Positions 30,464-40,201 are shown, counted from the stretch's first letter. The stretch: DNA of 64,000 nucleotides from Bacteriovoracaceae bacterium (GCA_048270185.1 JBLWTJ010000004.1:1-64000); one strand, 5' to 3'. Program-made: numbers and translations. Notes: generated by a model not told the origin, from the letters alone.

Positions 30464-31411
30464 TTAAATCATTTTCTGAGCAATCTTAACTGCTAAGTCT
30501 CTTGGGTTTTGACCATCAATCGATGCTTCATATGTTAGAATAATTCGGTGTCCGAGAACTGAAGCAACTACTTTCATAATATCATCAGGAGCAACATAAT
30601 CACGTTGGGCCATAAATGCATTAAAGCGCCCTAGCTTCTGTAGCCAAATTGCCGCACGCGGTGAAGCTCCGGCTTGAACAAGTCCCTTGAAGTCCGGAGA
30701 AAAGTGTTGGTCTCCAGGTCTTGTTGCACGAACAATTTTAACAATTAAGTCTTTCATCTTATCGTCAACATAGATATTATCAATCTCTTGTCTAATTTCT
30801 AAAATATCATCAGTTGAAAGTAGTGATGAGAGATCTTCATTTAATTTTTCTAAATCGAGAATTGATTTCTCTGCTTCGAAGTCTGGATAATTTACACTAA
30901 CTTTCATCATAAAGCGGTCTAATTGAGCCTCAGGCAGCGGATACGTCCCTTCTTGCTCAATTGGGTTTTGAGTTGCAAGAACAACAAAGGGAGATGACAA
31001 CTTATGTGTACTATCGCCAATTGTTACTTGTTTTTCGGCCATTGCTTCAAGTAGCGCTGATTGTACTTTTGCCGGTGAACGGTTAATCTCATCGGCCAAT
31101 AAGAGTTGTGTAAAAATTGGTCCAAACTTGGTTGAAAACTCTTCTTTTTGCTGAGAGTAAACCATTGTCCCCACAAGATCTGAAGGAAGTAGATCTGGTG
31201 TAAATTGAACCCTTTTAAATGTCAGATCGCATAATTTACTCATCGTAGAAACAGATAAAGTTTTCCCTAGCCCTGGCATTCCTTCAATAAGTAAGTGCCC
31301 CTCACAAACAAGCGCTGCAATGATACTATCGAGCATCTCATCTTGACCGTAAACGGTTCTCTTTGCCCTATCTAAAACATTCATCACTTTTTGTCTTGAA
31401 TTACTAGTCAT
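30464..31411 (-). CDS. moxR: MoxR family AAA+ ATPase
   Basis: GMPGLGKT, QFTPDLLPSD, DEINRSPAKVQSALLEAM, YPLPEAQLDRF. Confidence 0.97.
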   Translation of the reverse strand: MTSNSRQKVMNVLDRAKRTVYGQDEMLDSIIAALVCEGHLLIEGMPGLGKTLSVSTMSKLCDLTFKRVQFTPDLLPSDLVGTMVYSQQKEEFSTKFGPIFTQLLLADEINRSPAKVQSALLEAMAEKQVTIGDSTHKLSSPFVVLATQNPIEQEGTYPLPEAQLDRFMMKVSVNYPDFEAEKSILDLEKLNEDLSSLLSTDDILEIRQEIDNIYVDDKMKDLIVKIVRATRPGDQHFSPDFKGLVQAGASPRAAIWLQKLGRFNAFMAQRDYVAPDDIMKVVASVLGHRIILTYEASIDGQNPRDLAVKIAQKMI

Positions 31412-32579
31412 TGATTTCCACCTTATATGCTAAGTATTTTATATAGTTTGATTTTGATTCTAAGCTTGTAACGGGATGATCTAGGCCTTGAATTCCTGTA
31501 TCAATCAATCGCACTTTTACATTATTTTTCAATGCACCTTTTAGAACACATTGATCTAATTCACTCATATTTATATTTTGAGTACACGAAGCGGCAGCTA
31601 ATATACCACCATCATTCATCATTTTAAAAATTTTGTTGTATAGCTTCTCATAACCTTTCACTGCAGCCTTCTTGTCCTTATAACTCTTACTAAATGCAGG
31701 TGGGTCACAGACGATAACATCATATTTCTTTCCAGATAAAATACTATCATCTAAGAACTTAAAAACATCTCCTCTTGTAAACTCACCTAGTCCAGAGAAA
31801 TCATTTATTGTGAGATGCTTTTTAATTACTTCACTCATATCGGCTTGATCCACAAACTCAACATGCGCAACACCAGCTCTTAGTAGATGTAATCCCCAAG
31901 AACCAACATAAGTAAAGAGGTCAAGACCAGTCTTATATTCATTACCTGTTCTCTTTAGAAGTTCTTCAAATTTTCTTCTGTTTTCACGATGATCATAATA
32001 ATAGCCAATCTTCTGCATCATTTTACGACTTATACTATATGTAAAACCTGTTTCTTCGATATCAATTGTCTCAGGTAATTCGCCTCCTTCGTATAAGGGA
32101 AGCTGCTCTATTTCACGATATTTTTTATTATCTAATAGAATTACTTTTGTTGGTAAAAGCGATGTTAAAATTTCGTAAATTTCTGTACGGAATCCATCTA
32201 ATCCAGCAGTATTTATTTGAACAATTGCACAATTTTTATACCCATCCACGATTAGGCCAGGTAGTCCATCTTCATCTCCGTAGATTAACCTTGCCTGATG
32301 GCCATAACCTACTTTCGTGCGGTATTGAACAGCTCTTTGTATTTTATTTTTGATTAGTTCAAGTGCTTGTTCTTCATTTGAATTAATAATTGTGATATTT
32401 TTTTTGCGTGTTGAGTTTGGATTTACAAACCCAATAAACTTTCTCTTCTTATATATGAAATGACACCATTCACCGGGACGAAATGACTTAATAGAATCTT
32501 CAATGTCATTTTGAGATAAATGAATGACATCAGAATCAAAGGTCATATTGACCTTGTCCTTAATTGATATATTTCTCAT
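31404..32579 (-). CDS. RlmI-like class I SAM-dependent rRNA methyltransferase
   Basis: GDEDGLPGLIVD, QKIGYYYDHRENR, LDLFTYVGSWG, DPPAF, ASC. Confidence 0.88.
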   Translation of the reverse strand: MRNISIKDKVNMTFDSDVIHLSQNDIEDSIKSFRPGEWCHFIYKKRKFIGFVNPNSTRKKNITIINSNEEQALELIKNKIQRAVQYRTKVGYGHQARLIYGDEDGLPGLIVDGYKNCAIVQINTAGLDGFRTEIYEILTSLLPTKVILLDNKKYREIEQLPLYEGGELPETIDIEETGFTYSISRKMMQKIGYYYDHRENRRKFEELLKRTGNEYKTGLDLFTYVGSWGLHLLRAGVAHVEFVDQADMSEVIKKHLTINDFSGLGEFTRGDVFKFLDDSILSGKKYDVIVCDPPAFSKSYKDKKAAVKGYEKLYNKIFKMMNDGGILAAASCTQNINMSELDQCVLKGALKNNVKVRLIDTGIQGLDHPVTSLESKSNYIKYLAYKVEIND

Positions 32580-33362
32580 TTATTCCAGACCTATAATTTT
32601 CTTAGCTTGTCCTGTGTTTATTTGATAGTTCTTTATCTCGAGATCCATTTTCCCTAAATCAATCTTCTTATCACCATTTATGGCAAACGACTTTGTAATA
32701 ATCTTACTAGGTAGGCCATAGATTCCAACTTTGTCATATTCAATCTCAATCTCTTTTTCAACTGAAGCACCACCTCTACCTTCACTAATAACAATTTGGG
32801 AAATGACAGTCTTTCCTTTACTCCAAGATTTCTTAGAGTATGAAAATTGAGTTTTTGTTATTAGGTTTGTACTCTTTGATTCAATTTCTTTAATCTGTCC
32901 TGTTGGATATAGCTCAAGTTCAAGATCAAGAAGTTCATTCTTACCTTTAACGCGTACGAAACGATTCGCAGTCTTAACATCTTTTTTAAATGCACTATTC
33001 TCTAGAGGTGTTGTTAGATCCTTCACTAAGACTAGTTCAACAAATGGTTTAACTTTAGCAATTAAAGTTTGCTTAAGAAGCTTAAAACCATTCTCAGGTA
33101 GCCCTTCAACGCGAATTCTAATATTATTTGGATAAGCCCAGTAGACTCGATAATAGATATCATCAGGCTCTAGAGCTGTATTGGCCTTCACATAGCTTTC
33201 CAGATTTGGCTCTCTAATATCAAAGAATAAATCTGTAATCTCACTACCTAAAGGAGTGTAAGTTCGAAGCTTATGATCTTCAAATAGTTTTGATGTATTT
33301 GAAAAAACAGACGATACAGAAAGTAATAAAACAATAATAAGTGATAAGTTGAATTTTTGCAT
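32580..33362 (-). CDS. hypothetical exported protein
   Basis: Sec signal peptide; beta-rich C-terminal half. Confidence 0.7.
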   Translation of the reverse strand: MQKFNLSLIIVLLLSVSSVFSNTSKLFEDHKLRTYTPLGSEITDLFFDIREPNLESYVKANTALEPDDIYYRVYWAYPNNIRIRVEGLPENGFKLLKQTLIAKVKPFVELVLVKDLTTPLENSAFKKDVKTANRFVRVKGKNELLDLELELYPTGQIKEIESKSTNLITKTQFSYSKKSWSKGKTVISQIVISEGRGGASVEKEIEIEYDKVGIYGLPSKIITKSFAINGDKKIDLGKMDLEIKNYQINTGQAKKIIGLE

Positions 33363-33402
33363 ATTAAGTCCTTTTAAATCATTTTAAAAGCGACTTAAGT
33401 CT

Positions 33403-34704
33403 TTACCAACTACTTGAAATTATTTCCTTCCAATTGACTTTATTAAGGATTAAATGCTTTTCTTTCTTAAAGATGACTTTTCCTGCTGCACCCTTAACAC
33501 CCTTTAGATTTTCAACATTAGTAAATACCACAGGAATCAAGTCGGAATTGAAGTCACTATAGTCAGCAAGAACTGAGGCAAAGACTTCAAACTCTGCGAT
33601 ATCAAGGCCTTGGACATTCTTAACAATTAAGTGAGCACTCTTATCACCATCAAGGTGAAACCAAGTATCCCCCTTAGTTGACCATTTACTTCTAATATAG
33701 TCATTTCCTCTAGTATTTAGACCAACAGCAATTGAGTAATCTTTCCATTTCAAAATAATATGATCATCTGACTTTTGTGCTTGTGTATTATTCTTTGCGA
33801 CTTTTTTCCAGACTGGTGTATTTATCTTTTCTTTAACAAATGTTTGTTTTTTTGATTCGAGTTCTTTAATAACATCATCAAGTCTTTTTTGGAGATATTC
33901 TTCACCTTTCTTTAATTTCTTTATTTTAGTGAAAATGGCATTTTTCTTCTGATAATATGAAATTCCAAAATCGAACTTAACTCTAAAGCTATCTTCTTTA
34001 AAGACATTTCCTTCAAGTTCCAATTCATCATTTATAAGTTTACTTTCAATCTTATGACGAACTTTACAGTTCTCTAAGTCTTTTTCAATAAGAGACTTCT
34101 TTCGCAAGAGTTTCTTATTATAAGCCGTTTCAACTTTCTTATTGAAGACTTCATCAGCTTCTAAGTTAAGTTTATTTTCTTTGATCTCTTTCTTATCCAA
34201 TTGTTTACGACCAATCTCATTGAAAATATCAAAGTGATTATCGAAATGAAACTCAAGTTTTTTTTGAGATAACCAAGGAGAGAAATGCATCTTAGTACCT
34301 TCATTATAGTAAACATAGGTAAAGTAGAATTGACGTCCTTTCCAAAAAAAGAGCAATTGACTCTTATCAAAGAAATTTAGAGAAATGCACTTATCTAATT
34401 CATCAGAGACAATTTCTTTAATTCTTGTATTTCTTATATTAGATCGTAAGAACTCTAAGAATTGATCTCTCGTGATACGGTATTCAGAAGGGATACTATC
34501 AATACTATCCCATATTCCACAATACTCACCACCGCGTCCAATTGTGATACATAGATTACGCCCTCTAAGGCGAAGCTGAAGAAGAAGAAGTTTCGCCGAT
34601 GAGAAGATTTTTTGAATTTTTGGATTCGTCGAAACGCCATTATCCATCAATTGATCATTAATTTTATCGACATTTCGCTTTAGCTCTGAGAAATTTAAAT
34701 TCAT
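33403..34704 (-). CDS. NFACT family protein (RqcH/FbpA-like), shortened
   Basis: NFACT-N-like start (KIQKIFS..LLLQLR), coiled coil, NFACT-R motif VGLNTRGNDYI..DTWFHLDGDKSAHLIV..GAAGKV. Confidence 0.8.
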   Translation of the reverse strand: MNLNFSELKRNVDKINDQLMDNGVSTNPKIQKIFSSAKLLLLQLRLRGRNLCITIGRGGEYCGIWDSIDSIPSEYRITRDQFLEFLRSNIRNTRIKEIVSDELDKCISLNFFDKSQLLFFWKGRQFYFTYVYYNEGTKMHFSPWLSQKKLEFHFDNHFDIFNEIGRKQLDKKEIKENKLNLEADEVFNKKVETAYNKKLLRKKSLIEKDLENCKVRHKIESKLINDELELEGNVFKEDSFRVKFDFGISYYQKKNAIFTKIKKLKKGEEYLQKRLDDVIKELESKKQTFVKEKINTPVWKKVAKNNTQAQKSDDHIILKWKDYSIAVGLNTRGNDYIRSKWSTKGDTWFHLDGDKSAHLIVKNVQGLDIAEFEVFASVLADYSDFNSDLIPVVFTNVENLKGVKGAAGKVIFKKEKHLILNKVNWKEIISSSW

Positions 34705-37027
34705 GAATAATCCAACTATTTTGTCACAAACTCTTAGTAATATTGATTGGCATAAAATCGCTTCAGAAATTGCTTCTTACGCTAAATTTCAAACCAATAA
34801 AACAATTATAGAGCATAACCCAAAGGTTTACGAATCTGAAACTCTAAGTGCTCACTTTTCAACTTTAAATAAGATTATTATTAAGATTGATGAGAGTGGA
34901 AGCCTTTATGAGACTTTCTTTTCAAACATTCGTGACACAGAGGATAATCATCAGGCTTTAAACTATATTTCCAAAGGCGGTGTTGCAACACTTGAGCAAC
35001 TAAACTTCCTGGCAAATTTGATTGAAAATATCTTCCCAACAAAGAGAACACTGGATTTTGATCCTTTTAAAGAAGAGCTTGATTCATTTATCAATCAAAC
35101 ACAAAGGTTAAAGCAAAAATTCATCAATCCTTTGAGAAAATTTGTGGAAGCAGATGGATCAATTCACCTCGAACGTCATCCTGTTATTGCTCCACTAATT
35201 CAAGAACAACTTGGACTAGAAAAGAGAATTCGTGACACAATTAACTTCATTCTAAAGGATGACGATATTTCAAAGCGTCTGCAGATGGAAACATTTGATA
35301 TCATCAATGAACGTTTTGTAATTCCTATCAGAAGTGACTCTTATCGAAGTGACCTAGGTGGAATTGTCGCTCGTTCCTCTACTGGAAACACTTTATTTGT
35401 TGAACCTGTTGCAACAAGAAAAATGTCGAATGAGCTGATTGAAATTAATTCAAAGATCGACTACGCTCTTTCTCAAATTTGTAAGAATTACTCGGAATTA
35501 ATTACGAATGACATCCATACGATGTATTCAATATATAATTTCTTTATTGATCTCGATTATACAAATACATTAGCAAGTTATTCACACTCTAAAGATCTAT
35601 GTTATCCAGAAGTAAGTCTAGATGGAGAAACTTCTTTAGTAGACTTCTATCACCCTCTTATCCCCAATTGTGTCACTAATTCAATTCAAGTAGCACAAGA
35701 GCAGAAGGGAATTATCATTTCTGGGCCAAACACTGGTGGTAAGACAGTTAATATTAAAAGTATCGTTATCTCCCATCTCTTCTTTAAATTAGGACTTTTC
35801 ATTCCTGCTCGTTCGGCAAAGTTAGAATATAAAAGTGATATTTTTTATTTTGATAGTGATTATCAAGATCTTGAGATGGGACTTAGTTCATTTGCTGGTG
35901 AAGTTGGTGTAATCCTCTCGATGCTTGAAAATATCCAAAACAATTCACTTATAGCTGCCGACGAAATATTTAACTCGACTTCATCCGATGAAGCTTCTTC
36001 ACTTGCTTACTCTATCATTAGTTATGTAACTAAAGACCTAGGCTGTGATGTCTTAATTTCGACCCACCATCAACTTCTGAAGACCAAAATGCAAGAGAGT
36101 GAAGATTTTATTTCAGCTCATGTTGGCTACGATTTTGAGAATAATAAGCCTACTTATAAACTTATTACAGGAACCCCTGGTTCATCAATGGCGCTTGAAA
36201 TATTTAAAAGACTTAGTAAGAAACATGATATTCCTGAGTTCATTTTTGATGATGCAAAGAAATTACTAGATACGAAATACGTCACTTACGAAAGACTCTT
36301 ACAAGACCTTTCTCGAAAACAAGAGAAGATAGACAAAACTCTTAGAGAAAATATCAAGCTTAATCATGAACTTAAAAATCAAAAGAAATCTCAGGAAGGA
36401 ATCTTGTTCTTAGAGAAACAACAAGCTTTTTCAAGATTTGAAAATGAGATTAAGAAAATTATTAAAGGCCTAGGTGATATCAAGTCTAAGAGCCTAAGCA
36501 GAGAGATTTCAACTCTAAGCCAACAATTTGAAAAGTTAAAACCTGCCAAAGATCAAAAGCCAAAAGAAGAAAGAGAGTTGGCCAAAGAAATTATTATTGG
36601 AAACCGCTACTTCTGTGACCGTCTCAATGCGACTTGTATAGTTTTAGAAATTAAAAATAAGAATTGTACTGTAGAGATAAATGGAAAGAAGATTACTGTT
36701 CCAAAGAACTCATTATTTGATCAACAAGGTATAAGTAATAAGAAAAAGCCTGCGCTGAAGAAAGTAGAAGTTAATGTATTTAAGACTATAAACTATACGA
36801 CTGAGGTAAATTGCCGTGGAATGAGACTTAATGAGTTCCAACAAAAAGTTTTCTCTTGTATCGACGATCTTAGAATGGGTCATATTCCCTATTTAATTAT
36901 TGTCCATGGCCATGGCGATGGAACACTGAAAAAATGGTTAAGGAATGAGTTAAGACGTCAGAAAGACTTATCTTGGACTCCAGATGAAGGTAATGATGGA
37001 GCCACAAGAATCGATTTAGTGAATTGA
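34703..37027 (+). CDS. mutS2: MutS2 family ATPase with Smr domain
   Basis: ERFVIPIR, RSSTGNTLFVEP, SGPNTGGKT, LSSF, STHH, PTYKLITGTPGSS, Smr IVHGHGDGTLK..GNDGAT. Confidence 0.95.
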   Translation: MNNPTILSQTLSNIDWHKIASEIASYAKFQTNKTIIEHNPKVYESETLSAHFSTLNKIIIKIDESGSLYETFFSNIRDTEDNHQALNYISKGGVATLEQLNFLANLIENIFPTKRTLDFDPFKEELDSFINQTQRLKQKFINPLRKFVEADGSIHLERHPVIAPLIQEQLGLEKRIRDTINFILKDDDISKRLQMETFDIINERFVIPIRSDSYRSDLGGIVARSSTGNTLFVEPVATRKMSNELIEINSKIDYALSQICKNYSELITNDIHTMYSIYNFFIDLDYTNTLASYSHSKDLCYPEVSLDGETSLVDFYHPLIPNCVTNSIQVAQEQKGIIISGPNTGGKTVNIKSIVISHLFFKLGLFIPARSAKLEYKSDIFYFDSDYQDLEMGLSSFAGEVGVILSMLENIQNNSLIAADEIFNSTSSDEASSLAYSIISYVTKDLGCDVLISTHHQLLKTKMQESEDFISAHVGYDFENNKPTYKLITGTPGSSMALEIFKRLSKKHDIPEFIFDDAKKLLDTKYVTYERLLQDLSRKQEKIDKTLRENIKLNHELKNQKKSQEGILFLEKQQAFSRFENEIKKIIKGLGDIKSKSLSREISTLSQQFEKLKPAKDQKPKEERELAKEIIIGNRYFCDRLNATCIVLEIKNKNCTVEINGKKITVPKNSLFDQQGISNKKKPALKKVEVNVFKTINYTTEVNCRGMRLNEFQQKVFSCIDDLRMGHIPYLIIVHGHGDGTLKKWLRNELRRQKDLSWTPDEGNDGATRIDLVN

Positions 37028-37741
37028 TTGAAAGATTCTTTCGGTTTTGACTTTCATCTGTCCAGTATAGCTATCTTGCATCATTGAAAACCAAACAAAG
37101 AATGCACGGCCTCTAATATTTTTAAATGGAACAAATCCCCATGCTCTTGAGTCAGATGAGTTATCTCGATTATCGCCCATCACAAAATAGTGCCCTTTAG
37201 GAACTTTTGTACGTGGATAGTTTAATTTATAGATATTATCGAGATCTTTTTTAACAATAAATTTATTATTGTCCATCTTCGTTTCAAAGTATTCATAATT
37301 ATCATTATACTTTGTAGCAATTAACTCTTCTTCTATTGGTTGATCATTAATAAAGACCTTCTTATTCTTGATCTCAATTGTTTCACCAGGTAGGGCCATG
37401 ACTCTTTTTATGTAATTAATTTTAGGATCATTTGGATATTTGAAGACAATGACATCTCCTCTTTTAACCTCATTATTCATAAATAGATAAATTGGGTTAA
37501 TATTCACACTTCCGAGTGCTATATCACTGAAAGGAAGCTTGAGGCCATAAGTAAACTTCTCAACAAGTATGAAGTCACCAATCTCTAGAGTTGGGATCAT
37601 TGATCCAGAAGGAATTCTATATGGCTCATAGAAAGATGATCTAAAGGTTAATAAGAAAAAGATAATTAAAAAGATATCACGACACATTCGAAGAAAATGC
37701 TTCTTTCTCATTTTAATTTTATTTTCAATTTCTTCAGTCAC
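37016..37741 (-). CDS. lepB: signal peptidase I
   Basis: IPSGSMIPTL, YIKRV, MGDNRDNSSDSRAWG. Confidence 0.97.
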   Translation of the reverse strand: MTEEIENKIKMRKKHFLRMCRDIFLIIFFLLTFRSSFYEPYRIPSGSMIPTLEIGDFILVEKFTYGLKLPFSDIALGSVNINPIYLFMNNEVKRGDVIVFKYPNDPKINYIKRVMALPGETIEIKNKKVFINDQPIEEELIATKYNDNYEYFETKMDNNKFIVKKDLDNIYKLNYPRTKVPKGHYFVMGDNRDNSSDSRAWGFVPFKNIRGRAFFVWFSMMQDSYTGQMKVKTERIFQSIH

Positions 37742-38985
37742 TTAATACCTTTGTAATATGTCGAGATTATTTCCTGGGCCAACTTTGTTGATTTAACATA
37801 CCACTTTTCGTAGTTAATAATCATAACACAAACAGAAATCCCTTTATCGCTTTTATCTTTTAGAGGCTTTGCATATGAAGTAAACCAATCCCTTTTCCCA
37901 AAAGGAAAACCACCTGTAATCGAACCTGTTTTACCACCTATTTCAAGTTTACTTGCAATTCGACGATTCATATAACGTCTAAAAGTACGACGAGCAGTAC
38001 CTCTTTTTATCGTTCCTTGCATTAATTCCGACAATTCAGCGGCCGTTGCATTATCGATAACTTGTTTCTTTCTCTCTTCGTTAGTCCATACTTGTTCATT
38101 TTGTTCATCGACAAGATCAAGAGCAAGTCTTGGATAACGAAGCTCTCCATCATTGGCGACAATACTTGAGAGTACAGCGCAGTGAACAGGAGACATTTGA
38201 GTTTTCTTATTAAAACCTGATGCAATTTCAGCAAGAGCATAATCTGTTTGAGGAATTTCAAAAGTTGATTTAGCTAAATCAATTTCTGCCATAAGATCAT
38301 CATTAAAGCCAAGTTTCTCGGCCATTACTTCTAGCTCTTCTGGTGTTGTATTATTAATAGCGGCTTTACCAAAAATCACATTATTAGAGTAAGCAAAGGC
38401 ACGATCAAAAGATGTTGAACGTTGCCAACGAGATTTCTTTGTTTTTAATTGATACTTATAAAGAGTTGTCCCACGACCTCGGTATTTGAATTTATCATGA
38501 ATATCAAAATCTTCATTATTAATAAGATCTGCAGATGTTACGATTTTAAAAATACTAGCTGCGGGATGTGTTCCAGTAAAAGGAAGAAGGTAATCAAAAA
38601 CCTTACCCTTTCGAGTAAATCCTATATTAACAAGAAGATTTCCATTGTTGTTGTCCATCACAACAACAGCTGCTCTATCAGGACGATAATAGCGCAATCT
38701 CTTTCTGACGTAAGATTCTAACTTCTTATCAGTAGAGTATTCAATTCGATAACTCTTACCATTGTGTGAGATTGATTCTTGGAAGGGTTCCACTGGATCG
38801 AGTAACTGGCTTGATAAGTAGTGCTTTAATTGCTGATTATTTATAACTGTAGGTTTTACTATCTCTTCGGTCTTCTTTTGTTCGTCTTTTCCAACAAGAA
38901 AAAAGCCAACTAAGGCCAATGGGACTAGCACCCATAAATACTTATAAAAAATCCTATACTTCCTCACCTTTAAAGCCCTTACCAA
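37738..38985 (-). CDS. penicillin-binding transpeptidase-domain protein
   Basis: N-terminal TM; SxxK (SIFK), SxN (SNN), KTG motifs. Confidence 0.9.
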   Translation of the reverse strand: MVRALKVRKYRIFYKYLWVLVPLALVGFFLVGKDEQKKTEEIVKPTVINNQQLKHYLSSQLLDPVEPFQESISHNGKSYRIEYSTDKKLESYVRKRLRYYRPDRAAVVVMDNNNGNLLVNIGFTRKGKVFDYLLPFTGTHPAASIFKIVTSADLINNEDFDIHDKFKYRGRGTTLYKYQLKTKKSRWQRSTSFDRAFAYSNNVIFGKAAINNTTPEELEVMAEKLGFNDDLMAEIDLAKSTFEIPQTDYALAEIASGFNKKTQMSPVHCAVLSSIVANDGELRYPRLALDLVDEQNEQVWTNEERKKQVIDNATAAELSELMQGTIKRGTARRTFRRYMNRRIASKLEIGGKTGSITGGFPFGKRDWFTSYAKPLKDKSDKGISVCVMIINYEKWYVKSTKLAQEIISTYYKGIK

Positions 38986-39556
38986 TCACAAAGAATTCCT
39001 TACTAACCGATCGCGTTGATTTTGGTTTTAGAAAATGAAATTCTTTAAATTTATTCCTTTGTGATTTTAGAAAGACTTGCGCCTCATGGCCATCAAATAC
39101 TTTAATAACAAAGTTCCCACCATCTCTTAGAAATACAGGTAAGTGATGAAAAACTTGCTCAATTAGATTTAAACTACGTAGTTGGTCAACAGAGCGAACG
39201 CCAGTGGTATTCGGTGCCATATCAGATATAACAACATCAAACTTGCGATCAAATTCAAGGTCTTCAACTGTAGTTACATCAAAAATATCCTTTTCAAAAA
39301 TTTTGACATTTTTAATCCCTAAAAGTTTTTTATTCAGTGGACGAATATCAATACCGACAGCAAAACCTTCTGGGCCGATCTTACTTGAAGTATACTGCAT
39401 CCAAGAGCCTGGGTGATAACCAAGATCTAGGACATTATCTGACTTCTTAATCACCTTATATTTATTATCAATTTCTTCTAATTTATAAATTGAGCGCGCT
39501 AAGAAGTTCTCTTTCTTAGCTTTCTTAAAATAGTGATCTTTAACTTTAAACGTCAT
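38954..39556 (-). CDS. rlmE: 23S rRNA Um2552 methyltransferase
   Basis: ARSIYKLEEID, LDLGYHPGSW, SDMAPNTTG, K..STRSVSKE. Confidence 0.95.
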   Translation of the reverse strand: MTFKVKDHYFKKAKKENFLARSIYKLEEIDNKYKVIKKSDNVLDLGYHPGSWMQYTSSKIGPEGFAVGIDIRPLNKKLLGIKNVKIFEKDIFDVTTVEDLEFDRKFDVVISDMAPNTTGVRSVDQLRSLNLIEQVFHHLPVFLRDGGNFVIKVFDGHEAQVFLKSQRNKFKEFHFLKPKSTRSVSKEFFVIGKGFKGEEV

Positions 39557-39698
39557 TAATTCAACCTTATATACTTTATTAGATTAGCATTATTCAGAAA
39601 ATTGAAAACCGGCCCACCTGTAAGCCACTCTTCACTTTCTTACATCTGAGTGCAAATTTTTCTTTTAAATTTTTCAAAAACTTATTGACTCAGGTTTT

Positions 39699-39888
39699 TT
39701 ACTAACATTATTAACAGAGTTATCCACACTTGACCATATCTGTTGGTTATTTTTCACTTTATTAACTTTTACTAATGAAATCCCTTATTTTCAATACTTT
39801 ACCGTAAATGTTGCACAGTGATGTCAGGCTTTGACAGGATGCGAATCAGTTTACTAACAAAAATGGCGAACTTATCAACATATGCACA
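39699..39888 (+). promoter_or_regulatory. cluster of co-oriented DnaA-box-like 9-mers
   Basis: TTATCCACA 39720-28; TTATTAACA 39708-16; TGTTGCACA 39809-17; TTATCAACA 39872-80; ATATGCACA 39880-88; TTACTAACA at 39699 and 39851. Confidence 0.55.
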
Positions 39889-40009
39889 TTTCAAAGCACT
39901 CTAGGCACTTGTCAATAATATTTTTCGAATAATTAGTGTAAGAAATTGAGGGATAGAAACCCCTTGTGTTTACAACACAATAAGAGTTATTTTCAAATAA
40001 TCACAGACT

Positions 40010-40201
40010 CTACTCTGAAGTGATCATATACTCTAATTCGCCATCACCCGCTAGAATGGCCCCATACTCCTCACCATCATCATATGTAAATGAACTTGCA
40101 ATAAGCTTGATACTGCTATCAGCAGGATCAACAAATACAAATGGATGGGAAGTAGAAGCGTCTTTGCGCATTTTGTAGGAATCAGTGAACTCTTCAAACA
40201 A
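40010..40201 (-). CDS. small hypothetical protein or gene remnant
   Basis: 63-aa ORF from TTG; the frame stays open about 30 more codons upstream without ATG/GTG. Confidence 0.35.
   Translation of the reverse strand: MFEEFTDSYKMRKDASTSHPFVFVDPADSSIKLIASSFTYDDGEEYGAILAGDGELEYMITSE

Noticed and set aside
39557..40009. oriC
   Set aside because: No dnaA/dnaN/gidA nearby and no apparent strand-bias switch by eye; kept only as a non-origin DnaA-box cluster.
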